Positions 40,088-48,981 of a DNA stretch of 64,000 nt are shown piece by piece (positions within the stretch are counted from its first letter, which is position 1; every line of letters starts with the position of its first letter). The notes below the pieces were generated by a model. It ran no database searches and was not told the DNA's origin. It saw nothing but the letters and a program-made list of their open reading frames with translations. The position numbers and the translations under genes are program-made. The stretch is from Myxococcota bacterium (lineage in GTDB: Bacteria; Myxococcota_A; UBA9042; PHBI01; JAWLBL01), in contig JAWLBL010000018.1 in assembly GCA_041687695.1 (NCBI GenBank), positions 1-64,000 on the forward strand. Direction: 5' to 3'.

Positions 40088-41080
40088 TTACCTGTGATCG
40101 GTTCGCGGGAGGCCGCCCTGGGCCTGCCGCCAGAGGGCGATCGGCACGTCTCCACGAGCGAAGACGAGGCCATTGAACGCCAGGAGGTCGATGAGTTCTT
40201 CCCGAAGCCCGTCCGCCCGAGGCGTCGCCGGGTCAGCCGACGTGTCGGAGCCCCGAGGGACGCCGACGGCTTGGCCGCGCAGCATCTTAGTGAGGTGCCC
40301 ACCCGTGTCAACGCACGCGCGGGACGCGTCGGCCCCGGCGAGCAGGGCTCCCACCCACCAGGCGACGTCGCCCAGCACCGTCCCGGTGACCCGGTAGCCC
40401 TCGACCAGCCCGTCCACGACCCGCTGCGCGAGGTCGGGCGCGAGCGCCGGGGGCGCGCCGAGCCGATGGCCCGACAGGACCTGGGCCAGGGATGTGAGCG
40501 TGGGGTCGACAGGGTCGTTCGCCTCCGACAGAGCCGTCGCAACAACACGCGCGCGCGTCAGAAAGTTCATCAGGTGCCCACCCGGCTGCGCGTCGACCTC
40601 CGGCAGGTGCCAGGCGTCCCGCGCCAGGAAGCGCTCGGCGGGCCCGTGTCGCGCGGCGAGGTCGGCCCAGGTCTCGGTCACCGGCCCGACCAGCGCGGCG
40701 ATCAGCGCGGCCGTCGACTCGGCGCCCCTGGCCGCCCCGACCATCCTCTGGCGGGTCGCCTCCCAGGCCTCGCGCGCCCAGACGTGGTCGGGCCCGACCG
40801 GGATCACCTCGGCCCCCGCCGCCAGCCGCTCGGTCGCCCGCGGCGTGTCCAGCCACCCACCCTCGGCCAGCGCCGTCACCCGCGCGTGGACCGCCAGCCG
40901 CGGCGCCTCGAGCGTCTGCACCAGCTGGGCGGGCCACACCGGCGCCAGCGCCAGCGCGGCCACCAAACGGGCCTCGAGGTCGTCCAGCCCGCGCCGCCGA
41001 CCCAGCGCCTCGTCGACCAGCGCCGCGGCCTCGACCCGCACCCCGGCCCGGAGCCCCGGCACCTGCGCCCGCAGCCTCAA
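40088..41080 (-). CDS. Hypothetical protein
   Basis: Fills the gap between proB and the PPIase gene with a 4-bp overlap; no motif recognised. Confidence 0.55.
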   Translation of the reverse strand: MRLRAQVPGLRAGVRVEAAALVDEALGRRRGLDDLEARLVAALALAPVWPAQLVQTLEAPRLAVHARVTALAEGGWLDTPRATERLAAGAEVIPVGPDHVWAREAWEATRQRMVGAARGAESTAALIAALVGPVTETWADLAARHGPAERFLARDAWHLPEVDAQPGGHLMNFLTRARVVATALSEANDPVDPTLTSLAQVLSGHRLGAPPALAPDLAQRVVDGLVEGYRVTGTVLGDVAWWVGALLAGADASRACVDTGGHLTKMLRGQAVGVPRGSDTSADPATPRADGLREELIDLLAFNGLVFARGDVPIALWRQAQGGLPRTDHR

Positions 41081-42195
41081 CGTCCCTCGCCCTCCTCAAT
41101 GAGCACCATGTCGTTGCGGTGCACCACCGGGTCCACGCCCTCGACCTGCAGGATGTCCGCCGCCTCGGCCGTGCGACGGCCCGCGATGCGCGCCAGCTCG
41201 GCGTGCCCGTAGCCGACCAGGCCGCGCGCCAGCTCGCGCCCGTCGGGGCCGACCACGCTCACGGCGTCGCCCCGCGAGAACGGCCCCCGCGCCTCGGTCA
41301 CGCCGATGGGCAGCAGGCTGGATCCGCGCGTGCGCAGCGCCTCGGCCGCCCCGGCGTCGACCACCACCGTCCCGTGCACCTTGCTGAGAAAACCGATCCA
41401 GTGGCGCCGCCGGCCCACGCGCTTGGGCCGCGCGTGAAAGCGCGTACCGACCAGCTCGCCCGCCATGAGGCGCGTCAGCACGTCCGGCGCCGATCCGCGC
41501 GCCAGGATGAGCGGGATGCCCGCCTCGACCGCCAGGTGCGCCGCCTCGATCTTCGAGGCCATCCCGCCGGTCCCCAGCTGGCTGCCGGCGCTGCCCGCCA
41601 TCGCCCGCACGTTGGCGTCGATGGCCTCGACCTCGTGGATGGGCCGCGCGCCCGGCGTCGTCCGCGGGTCGGCGTCGCACAGCGCGTCGACGTCGCTCAG
41701 CAGGACGACCAGGTCCGCGTCCACCACCGTCGCCAGGGCCGCGGCGAGGCGGTCGTTGTCGCCGAAGCGCAGCTCCTCGGTCGCCACGGTGTCGTTCTCG
41801 TTGACGATCGGCACGGCGCCCATCGCCAGCGTCTCGAGCAGGGTGTGGCGGATGTTCAGGAAGTGGCGCCGGTGGCTGATGTCCTCGTGGGTCAGCAGGA
41901 TCTGCGCGCACGGCACGCCGAAGCGCCCGAACAGCGCCTTGTAGCGGCCCATGACGTCCGCCTGGCCGACGGCGGCCAAGGCCTGCTTGCGCGCCAGCTC
42001 GCGCGGGCGCTCGCTCAGCCCCATCGAGGCCATGCCCAGGGCGACCGCGCCGCTGGTCACGACCGCCACCTCGTGGCCGCGCTCGCGGAGCGCCTGCATC
42101 TGCAGGACCAGCCCCTCGAGCTCGGGCGCGACGACGGTCGTGCTGCCCAGCTTGACGACGATGCGCCGCGCGGCGCGGAGGTCGCGCGTGGTCAC
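41077..42195 (-). CDS. proB: Glutamate 5-kinase
   Basis: VVKLGS, PIVNENDTV, GDNDRL, GTGGMASK, PUA domain. Confidence 0.97.
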   Translation of the reverse strand: MTTRDLRAARRIVVKLGSTTVVAPELEGLVLQMQALRERGHEVAVVTSGAVALGMASMGLSERPRELARKQALAAVGQADVMGRYKALFGRFGVPCAQILLTHEDISHRRHFLNIRHTLLETLAMGAVPIVNENDTVATEELRFGDNDRLAAALATVVDADLVVLLSDVDALCDADPRTTPGARPIHEVEAIDANVRAMAGSAGSQLGTGGMASKIEAAHLAVEAGIPLILARGSAPDVLTRLMAGELVGTRFHARPKRVGRRRHWIGFLSKVHGTVVVDAGAAEALRTRGSSLLPIGVTEARGPFSRGDAVSVVGPDGRELARGLVGYGHAELARIAGRRTAEAADILQVEGVDPVVHRNDMVLIEEGEGR

Positions 42196-42199
42196 CGGG

Positions 42200-43480
42200 T
42201 CACGACTCGCGCGAGATCTGGGCGCCGAGCTCGCGCAGCTTGTCGTCGATGCGCTCGTAGCCGCGATCGATCTGCCGCACGTTGTAGATGGTCGAGGTGC
42301 CCTTGGCGGCGAGGCTGGCGATGAGCAGCGACATGCCGGCGCGGACGTCGGGGCTCTCGAGGCGCGTGCCGTACAGCTGCGACGGCCCGACGACCACGGC
42401 GCGGTGCGGGTCGCACAGGATGATGCTGGCGCCCATGGTGGTCAGGGCGTCGGTGAAGAACATGCGGCCCTCGAACATCTTCTCGAAGAACAGCACGGTG
42501 CCGTGGCACTGCGTGGCGACCGTGATGAGGATGGACATGAGGTCGGTCGGGAAGGCCGGCCAGGGCGCGTCGTCGATCTTGGGGATGGCGCCGTGCAGAT
42601 CGCTGCGGACCTTCATCGGCTGGCCCGGCGAGACGCGGACGCGGTCCTCGCCGACCTCGGGGCAGATGCCGAGCTTGGCGAAGGTGTGCAGGATCATGCG
42701 CAGCTCGCCGGGGCGCACGTCGGTGATGGTGATGTCCGACTGCGTGATGGCGGCGAGGCCCATGAAGCTGCCGATCTCGAGGTAGTCCGGGCCGATGGTG
42801 TGGGTCGTGCCGTGCAGGCGCCCGGCGCCGGTGATGCGCAGCGAGCTGGTGCCGATGCCGGTGACCTCGGCGCCCATGGAGACCAGCATGCGGCAGATGC
42901 CCTGCACGTGCGGCTCGCAGGCGGCGTTCATCAGCGTAGTCGTGCCCTTGGCCAGGGCGGCGGCCATGATGATGTTCTCGGTCGCGGTGACCGAGGCCTC
43001 GTCCAGGAAGATCTCGGTGCCGACCAGGCCCTCGTCGGTCGTCAGGTGATAGCCGTCGTCCAGGGACAGGCGGCCGCCCAGCGCCTCGAGGCCCAGAAAG
43101 TGCGTGTCCACGCGGCGGCGGCCGATGACGTCGCCGCCCGGCGGGGGCAGGGTCACCGAGCCCATGCGGGCCAGCATCGGCCCGGCGAACAGGATGGACG
43201 CGCGGATGCGGCGGCACAGGTCGGGGTCCAGGGTCGTGCCGGTCAGGCTCTCGGCGGTGATCCGGACGGTGCCGGGGGCGAGGCGCTCGATCTTGCAGCC
43301 GATGCTCTCCATCACCTCGAGCATGACCCGCACGTCGACGATGTCCGGCAGGTTCTTGAGGATGACCGGCTCGCTGGTCAGCAGGCAGGCCGCCAGCGCC
43401 GGCAGGGCCTCGTTCTTGCTGCCGCTGGGGCGGACGGTGCCGGACAGCGCGCGGCCGCCCTCGATGATGAACTTGTCCAA
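42200..43480 (-). CDS. murA: UDP-N-acetylglucosamine 1-carboxyvinyltransferase (Asp variant)
   Basis: GSKNEALP, RASIL, PGGDVIGRR, SVTATEN, PAFPTDL. Confidence 0.96.
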   Translation of the reverse strand: MDKFIIEGGRALSGTVRPSGSKNEALPALAACLLTSEPVILKNLPDIVDVRVMLEVMESIGCKIERLAPGTVRITAESLTGTTLDPDLCRRIRASILFAGPMLARMGSVTLPPPGGDVIGRRRVDTHFLGLEALGGRLSLDDGYHLTTDEGLVGTEIFLDEASVTATENIIMAAALAKGTTTLMNAACEPHVQGICRMLVSMGAEVTGIGTSSLRITGAGRLHGTTHTIGPDYLEIGSFMGLAAITQSDITITDVRPGELRMILHTFAKLGICPEVGEDRVRVSPGQPMKVRSDLHGAIPKIDDAPWPAFPTDLMSILITVATQCHGTVLFFEKMFEGRMFFTDALTTMGASIILCDPHRAVVVGPSQLYGTRLESPDVRAGMSLLIASLAAKGTSTIYNVRQIDRGYERIDDKLRELGAQISRES

Positions 43481-43540
43481 GCTGGCCTCCTAGCCCGGCG
43501 TGGGACGCCGAGGCGACTGTAATCTGGCTCGGTTACGGCG

Positions 43541-44668
43541 TCACGAATCGGCGCCCGGGCCGAGGACGCCGCCGCGCACCGTGAACACGCGGGCGGTCTC
43601 GTCGGTCCGCCCGACCTGCACCCAGCGGCGGTCGGTGGTGGTGATGAAGACCTGGCCGCCGGCGCCGTCGAGGTAGCTCATCAGCTGCGCGTTGCGCGTG
43701 CGATCGAGCTCGCTGGAGACGTCGTCGAGCAGCAGGACCGGGAAGACGCCCAGCGCCTGGGCGATACGTTGCATCTCGGCGACCTTGAGGGCCAGCACGA
43801 AGGCGCGGTGCTGGCCCTGGCTGGCGAACTGGCGGACCGGGCGACCCGCCAGCGAGAAGTCCAGGTCGTCGGTGTGCGGACCGCTGGTCGTGTAGCCACG
43901 CCGCAGGTCCGTGTCGACCGTGGCGGCGAGCCGCTCGGTGAAGGCCGCCTCGAGGGCCTCCTCGTCGGCGCCCTCGCGCGCGCCGGGCAGGCCGACGTAG
44001 CGCAGGTCGCCCTCGAGCTTGCCGCCGGTCATGTCGCTCAGGACACGCTCGAAGAGCGGACGGAAGCTGTCGACGTAGGTCAGCCGGCGCCACAGGACCC
44101 GCGCCCCGCGCCGCGCCAGCTCCTGGTCGAACGAGGCCATCAGCGCCGGATCGACCGCGCGGCCGCCGGACTGCTTGAGCAGCTTGTTGCGGCTCTTGAG
44201 GGCGGTGGCGTAGGCCCGCGCCTCGTCGAGGTAGGCCGGCCACACGCCGAAGACGGCCCGGTCGAGCAGGCGCCGCCGCAGGGCCGGCCCCTCCTTGGTG
44301 ACCGCCAGGTCGTCGGGCCCGAACAGGACGACGTTGAGGTGCCCGAAGAAGCTCGACAGGCTGGTGACCGCCTTGCCGTCCAGCTCGGCGCGCCGGCCCT
44401 TGGCCGAGATCTCGACCGCGATGGTCCGGGTGACCTCGCGTCGGACCGCCTCGCCCCGCACCAGCGCCGTCGCGTGACCCCAGCCGATGAGCTCGGCCGA
44501 GCGGGCGTCGCGGAAGCTGCGGAAGGTGGCGAGGAGGTAGATGGCCTCGAGGAGGTTCGTCTTCCCCTGGCCGTTGTCGCCCTCGAGGATGTTGAAGCGC
44601 GGGTGCGCCTCGAGGGCGACGTGGTCCAGGTTGCGGAAGCGCTCGCAGGTGAGCCGGAGCAGCTGCAC
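43541..44668 (-). CDS. recF: DNA replication/repair protein RecF
   Basis: GDNGQGKTNLLEAI, GPHTDD, SQGQ, LLLDDVSSELD. Confidence 0.97.
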   Translation of the reverse strand: MQLLRLTCERFRNLDHVALEAHPRFNILEGDNGQGKTNLLEAIYLLATFRSFRDARSAELIGWGHATALVRGEAVRREVTRTIAVEISAKGRRAELDGKAVTSLSSFFGHLNVVLFGPDDLAVTKEGPALRRRLLDRAVFGVWPAYLDEARAYATALKSRNKLLKQSGGRAVDPALMASFDQELARRGARVLWRRLTYVDSFRPLFERVLSDMTGGKLEGDLRYVGLPGAREGADEEALEAAFTERLAATVDTDLRRGYTTSGPHTDDLDFSLAGRPVRQFASQGQHRAFVLALKVAEMQRIAQALGVFPVLLLDDVSSELDRTRNAQLMSYLDGAGGQVFITTTDRRWVQVGRTDETARVFTVRGGVLGPGADS

Positions 44669-44723
44669 GGCCGTCGATCTCTCCGGCTGACGCGGACGGG
44701 GCTGGGGGACGCTCGGGCGAGCG

Positions 44724-45851
44724 TCAGATACGCATCGGCATGACGACGAAGAGCGCCCCGGGCTCGGCCGGCGACGACAGGACCGAGGCCCCGTACTCGT
44801 CGGAGAACTCGAGGACGGCCGTCTCGCCGCGGATGACGTTCAGGACGTCGAGCAGGTAGGTGTAGTTGAACCCGATGACCATCCCCTCGCCGTCGTAGTC
44901 GACGTCGAGCTCGTCGCGGCCCTCGCCGTAGTCGGGGTTCGAGGTCGTGAAGGCGAGGCGCCCGGGCTGCAGCTCGAGCTTGATGATGTAGGTCTTGTTC
45001 GAGGTCAGGATGGCGATGCGGCGGATGGCGCTGAGCATCCGCTGGCGATCGACCGTGATCTTGATGGGCGACGAGGCCGGGATGACGCGCTGGTACTCGG
45101 GGTAGTTGCCCTCGATCTGGCGCACCGTGAAGGTGGTCCCGCTGGCGCGGAAGAGGATCTGACCGCGGGCGAAGCCGACCTCGACCACGCTCTGGTCGTC
45201 GTCGAGCAGGCGGCGGAGCTCCTGGACGCCCTTCTTGTGGACGATGGCCTCGTGGGGCTTGCCGTCGTAGCCCTGCGCCTCGGTCTCGAGCTCGACCTTG
45301 GACAGGCGGTGGCCGTCCGTGGAGACGGCGGTCAGGCGGGCGAGGCCCTCCTCGCTGCCGGCGCCGACCTTGAGGAAGACGCCGTTCAGGTTCATGCGCG
45401 TCTCGTCGTCCGAGATGCTGAAGGCGGTCTTCTCGATGAGGTCCTTGAGCGTCCCGCGCGGGATGCCGATCCAGGTGACCTCGGAGGGGGTGGTCACGTC
45501 GGGGAAGTCCGACGCCGGGATGCCGGCCAGCTTGAAGCGGCTGCGGCCGGCGGTGACCTCGGCCCAGTGGTTGGGCTGGATCGACAGGCGGATGCTGGCG
45601 TCGTCGAGGCTCTTGACCACGTCGAACAGGCTCTTGCCGTTGACGCAGGCCGTGCCCGCCTGGAGCACCTCGCCGGCGACCTGGGCCTGCACGACGACGT
45701 CGTAGTCGGTGCCGACCATCTGGAGCCCCCCGTCGGTCGAGGCGAGCAGCAGGTGGCTCAGCACGTTCACCGTGCTCTTCTTGTCGACGACACCCTGGGC
45801 CTTCGACAGCGCGCCGAGGAAGGTGCTGCGGTCGAGCTTCAGCTCCAGCAT
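44724..45851 (-). CDS. dnaN: DNA polymerase III beta clamp
   Basis: LNGV, STDGHRL, GNYPEYQRVIP, VVMPMRI. Confidence 0.98.
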   Translation of the reverse strand: MLELKLDRSTFLGALSKAQGVVDKKSTVNVLSHLLLASTDGGLQMVGTDYDVVVQAQVAGEVLQAGTACVNGKSLFDVVKSLDDASIRLSIQPNHWAEVTAGRSRFKLAGIPASDFPDVTTPSEVTWIGIPRGTLKDLIEKTAFSISDDETRMNLNGVFLKVGAGSEEGLARLTAVSTDGHRLSKVELETEAQGYDGKPHEAIVHKKGVQELRRLLDDDQSVVEVGFARGQILFRASGTTFTVRQIEGNYPEYQRVIPASSPIKITVDRQRMLSAIRRIAILTSNKTYIIKLELQPGRLAFTTSNPDYGEGRDELDVDYDGEGMVIGFNYTYLLDVLNVIRGETAVLEFSDEYGASVLSSPAEPGALFVVMPMRI

Positions 45852-46296
45852 GGGGACCCTCTCTTCAGAGACTCTTCATCATCAAAGGAGAGCCTCCATA
45901 GCAGATCCCAGAAGAGAAAGTAAGGGCTGTGGGCGGTGTGGAGCGGCGCCGGAACCACCCGTAAGCCCGAGACAATCGGGATCCTTTTCCCCGGGGATCG
46001 CGCGATCGATCCACAGGGGGACTTCCTGTGGATGACGCGGAGCGTCACGTCGCCCACCGCTCCTCCACAGGGCCGTCACCAGGATGTCAACGCGTTGTCC
46101 ACGGGGGCCTGTGGATCATCGGAGAAAGTCCCCAACGGACTGGGAAATCTTTCGCTCGGACTCCGAACGCAAGAAGGCCGATCGCGCGGGGGGCGCGTCG
46201 GCCTCGGGTGACCGCCGTCGGAGGGCGGTCGGCGCAGGTCGTCCGGCGGGACGCGGGGGTCCCGTCGGCGGAGTCACGCCACGGCTGGCAGGTGGA
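45852..46296. other. Probable oriC in the dnaA-dnaN intergenic region
   Basis: Degenerate DnaA boxes at 45928, 45937, 46007, 46027 (TCATCCACA on minus), 46061, 46095 and 46110 (TGATCCACA on minus); AT-richer stretch near 45860-45925. Confidence 0.8.
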
Positions 46297-47646
46297 TCAG
46301 TGCGTCAGGCCTCGCCGGAGCCGCTCGATGCGGGCCTTCAGCTCGGGGTCGGCCTCGCGCAGCAGCTCGATGCGCTTCAAGGCGTTGATCACCGTGGTGT
46401 GGTCGCGCCCCCCGAACATCTGCCCGATCTGCGGCAGCGAGCCGTCGGTCAGCTCGCGCACCAGGTGCATCGCCACCTGGCGCGGGACGGTGATGTTGCG
46501 GTGGCGCTTGGGGCCCTTGAGATCGTTGACCGTCAGCCGGTAGTCGGCGGCGACCGCCTTGATGATGGCGTCGGGCGAGACGCGGCGCGCCTCCTCGCTG
46601 ACCAGGTCGCCCAGCACCTCTCGCGTCATGGCGATGGTGATGGGCGTTCCGAAGATGCGGGCGGTCGCCTCGAGGCGCATCAGCGCCCCCTCGAGCTCGC
46701 GCACGTTGGCCACGATGTGGCGCGCGAGCAGCATCGCGACCTCGTCGGGGAGGTCGCAGCCGTCGGCGTCGGCCTTGCGCTTCAAGATGGCGACCCGCGT
46801 CTCGAGCCCCGGCGGCTTGACGTCGGCGATGAGGCCCCACTCGAGGCGGGACTTCAGGCGATCCTCCATGTCGGGGATCGTGCGGGGCGGCTGGTCGCTC
46901 GTCAGCACGATCTGGCGGTGCGACGAGTGCAGCGTGTTGAAGACGTGGAAGAACTCCTCCTCGGTCCGGTCCTTGCCGGCGAGGAACTGGATGTCGTCGA
47001 CCAGCAGGAGATCGCACTCGTCGCGGTACTTGCGGCGGAAGTCGTGGACGCTGTCGGTGCGGATCGCGTTGATGAAGTCGTTGAGGAAGGTCTCGCTGGT
47101 GACGTAGCGGATGCGCGCGCGCGGGTTGCGCTCGGCGACCTCGTGGCCGATGGCGTGGAGCAGGTGCGTCTTGCCCAGGCCCACTCCCCCGTAGATGAAG
47201 AGGGGGTTGTAGCGGGTGCCGGGTCCGTCGGCGACGGCGCGCGCCGCGTTGAGCGCGAACTGGTTGGTCGGGCCGTCGACGAAGCTCTCGAACCGGTAGC
47301 GGGCGATGAGCTCGGGGCGCGGCGTCGGGGCGGCGGGCGCGGTGATCGTCGGCCCGGACCGGTCGGCAGGCGACGCCGGCGCCAGGGCGGCCGCCTGCGC
47401 GTCGTCACCCGGCGTGTCCCAGACGATGCCGTAGTCGGCCAGGCCCTCGCCGGCGAGCGCTTCGGCGATCGTTGGAAGCAGGTGCTCCTCGAGCCAATGC
47501 GCGTGCGACGCGTCGGGGACGCCCAGCACGATCTCGCGGCGCTGGTGATCGACCCGGTGGCACACGATCGGGGCGATCCAGTGCATGTAGTCGTACGGTT
47601 GAATGGTCGACTTCAGCTTGTCGACCGTTCTTTCCCAGACGTTCAA
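46297..47646 (-). CDS. dnaA: Chromosomal replication initiator DnaA
   Basis: [43 protein letters not shown] start. Confidence 0.99.
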   Translation of the reverse strand: MNVWERTVDKLKSTIQPYDYMHWIAPIVCHRVDHQRREIVLGVPDASHAHWLEEHLLPTIAEALAGEGLADYGIVWDTPGDDAQAAALAPASPADRSGPTITAPAAPTPRPELIARYRFESFVDGPTNQFALNAARAVADGPGTRYNPLFIYGGVGLGKTHLLHAIGHEVAERNPRARIRYVTSETFLNDFINAIRTDSVHDFRRKYRDECDLLLVDDIQFLAGKDRTEEEFFHVFNTLHSSHRQIVLTSDQPPRTIPDMEDRLKSRLEWGLIADVKPPGLETRVAILKRKADADGCDLPDEVAMLLARHIVANVRELEGALMRLEATARIFGTPITIAMTREVLGDLVSEEARRVSPDAIIKAVAADYRLTVNDLKGPKRHRNITVPRQVAMHLVRELTDGSLPQIGQMFGGRDHTTVINALKRIELLREADPELKARIERLRRGLTH

Positions 47647-48067
47647 AGGAGAACCCTTTCACTCGACGGACATGGACGGACGAGGCCATCGACCGCAGCT
47701 GCGGACCATGGCGAGCTCCTCCGTGACGTGGCTGGCGCTGTCCATGCAAAGACGATCGCGAGCGACCGCACGCATCTCCCCGGACAGGCGACGCACGACA
47801 CGGAGCTATTCGAGGCGACGGGTGGGTCGACGCGACCGAGCGCGGCGCGTGACCAGCTTGGTGAGGGGTAGCAGACGGTTCGGGAGGTCGGCAAGGGGCC
47901 CCGCGCCCGGGCGTGGTGACTTCGGGGCGAACCCCCGGAGATCGGGGCCGAATCGGGTTCACGGTGGTCGGGGGGTCGGGCCCGGTGATCCCCAGGTCGG
48001 ATCCGCCAGCGTGGATCGCTCAACGATCCCGGGCGGTTACGGTGGGGCCTCCGCGGCGCCTTTCTTC

Positions 48068-48098
48068 TTGACAGCCGGGCGAGGGGCGTGGTTAGTGT
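48068..48098 (+). promoter_or_regulatory. Candidate sigma70 promoter for the rpmH operon
   Basis: Perfect TTGACA at 48068; -10-like TAGTGT only at a long (19-bp) spacing. Confidence 0.4.
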
Positions 48099-48156
48099 CG
48101 CCGCCTCTTTTGCCCCGGCGGCCCCCGACCGCCCCATCGAAGTCCCGGAGGACGCG

Positions 48157-48309
48157 GTGTCCAAGCGCACGTACCAGCCGAGCAACCGCAAGCGCAAGAA
48201 CAAGCACGGGTTCCGCGAGCGCAACTCGACCCACTCGGGTCGCAAGATCCTGGCCGCTCGCCGCCGTAAGGGCCGCAAGCGCCTGACGGTCACGACGCCC
48301 AAGAAGTGA
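48157..48309 (+). CDS. rpmH: 50S ribosomal protein L34
   Basis: [28 protein letters not shown] plus GTG. Confidence 0.98.
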   Translation: MSKRTYQPSNRKRKNKHGFRERNSTHSGRKILAARRRKGRKRLTVTTPKK

Positions 48310-48773
48310 TCCCGCCGGGTGGGGTGGAGTCCGATCGGCCCAGCCATCGCTTCACACCCGAGCAACGCCTCCGCAAGCGCCGCGAGTTCCTCCGCATCCA
48401 GGACCGCGGCCGGCGGATCCACGGCCGACGCTTCATCTTCTCGATCCAACCCGGCGCCACCGACAAGGCCCGCATCGGCATCACGGTCTCCCGAAAGGTC
48501 GGCAACGCCGTCGTCCGAAACCGGATCAAGCGCTGGGTCCGCGAGGCCTTCCGCCAACACCCGGAGCTGTTCCGATACCCCATCGACGTCGTGATGACGG
48601 CCAAGCGGGGCATCGAGGACTTCAGCTACGCGGCCGTTCGGGACGAGCTCATCGATGTCATCACCCGCTACTACGAGTCGCCCGGCGAGGGCCGCCACCG
48701 CGGTGGTCACGGCCCTTCGCGCGCTCGACGCGGGCATCGGCCACGTGGCTCGGGTGCCGATCGCGCTGTATAA
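48306..48773 (+). CDS. rnpA: RNase P protein component
   Basis: [21 protein letters not shown]. Confidence 0.96.
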   Translation: MIPPGGVESDRPSHRFTPEQRLRKRREFLRIQDRGRRIHGRRFIFSIQPGATDKARIGITVSRKVGNAVVRNRIKRWVREAFRQHPELFRYPIDVVMTAKRGIEDFSYAAVRDELIDVITRYYESPGEGRHRGGHGPSRARRGHRPRGSGADRAV

Positions 48774-48981
48774 GGCGCTCGTCTCGCCCTTCCTCCCGCC
48801 GGCCTGCCGGTTCCATCCGACCTGCTCGGCCTACGCCGACGGCTGCCTCCGCACCCACGGCTTCCTCCGGGGCGCCCTCCTCGGCGCCTGGCGCATCCTG
48901 CGCTGCCACCCCTGGTCCGCCGGGGGCGAGGATCCCGTCCCACCCCGCCCTCCCCTTCGCCCCTGCCGAGGACGCCCGTGA
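48655..48981 (+). CDS. yidD: Membrane protein insertion efficiency factor (start uncertain)
   Basis: CRFHPTCSAY...RILRCHPW...DPVP. Confidence 0.93.
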   Translation: MSSPATTSRPARAATAVVTALRALDAGIGHVARVPIALYKALVSPFLPPACRFHPTCSAYADGCLRTHGFLRGALLGAWRILRCHPWSAGGEDPVPPRPPLRPCRGRP

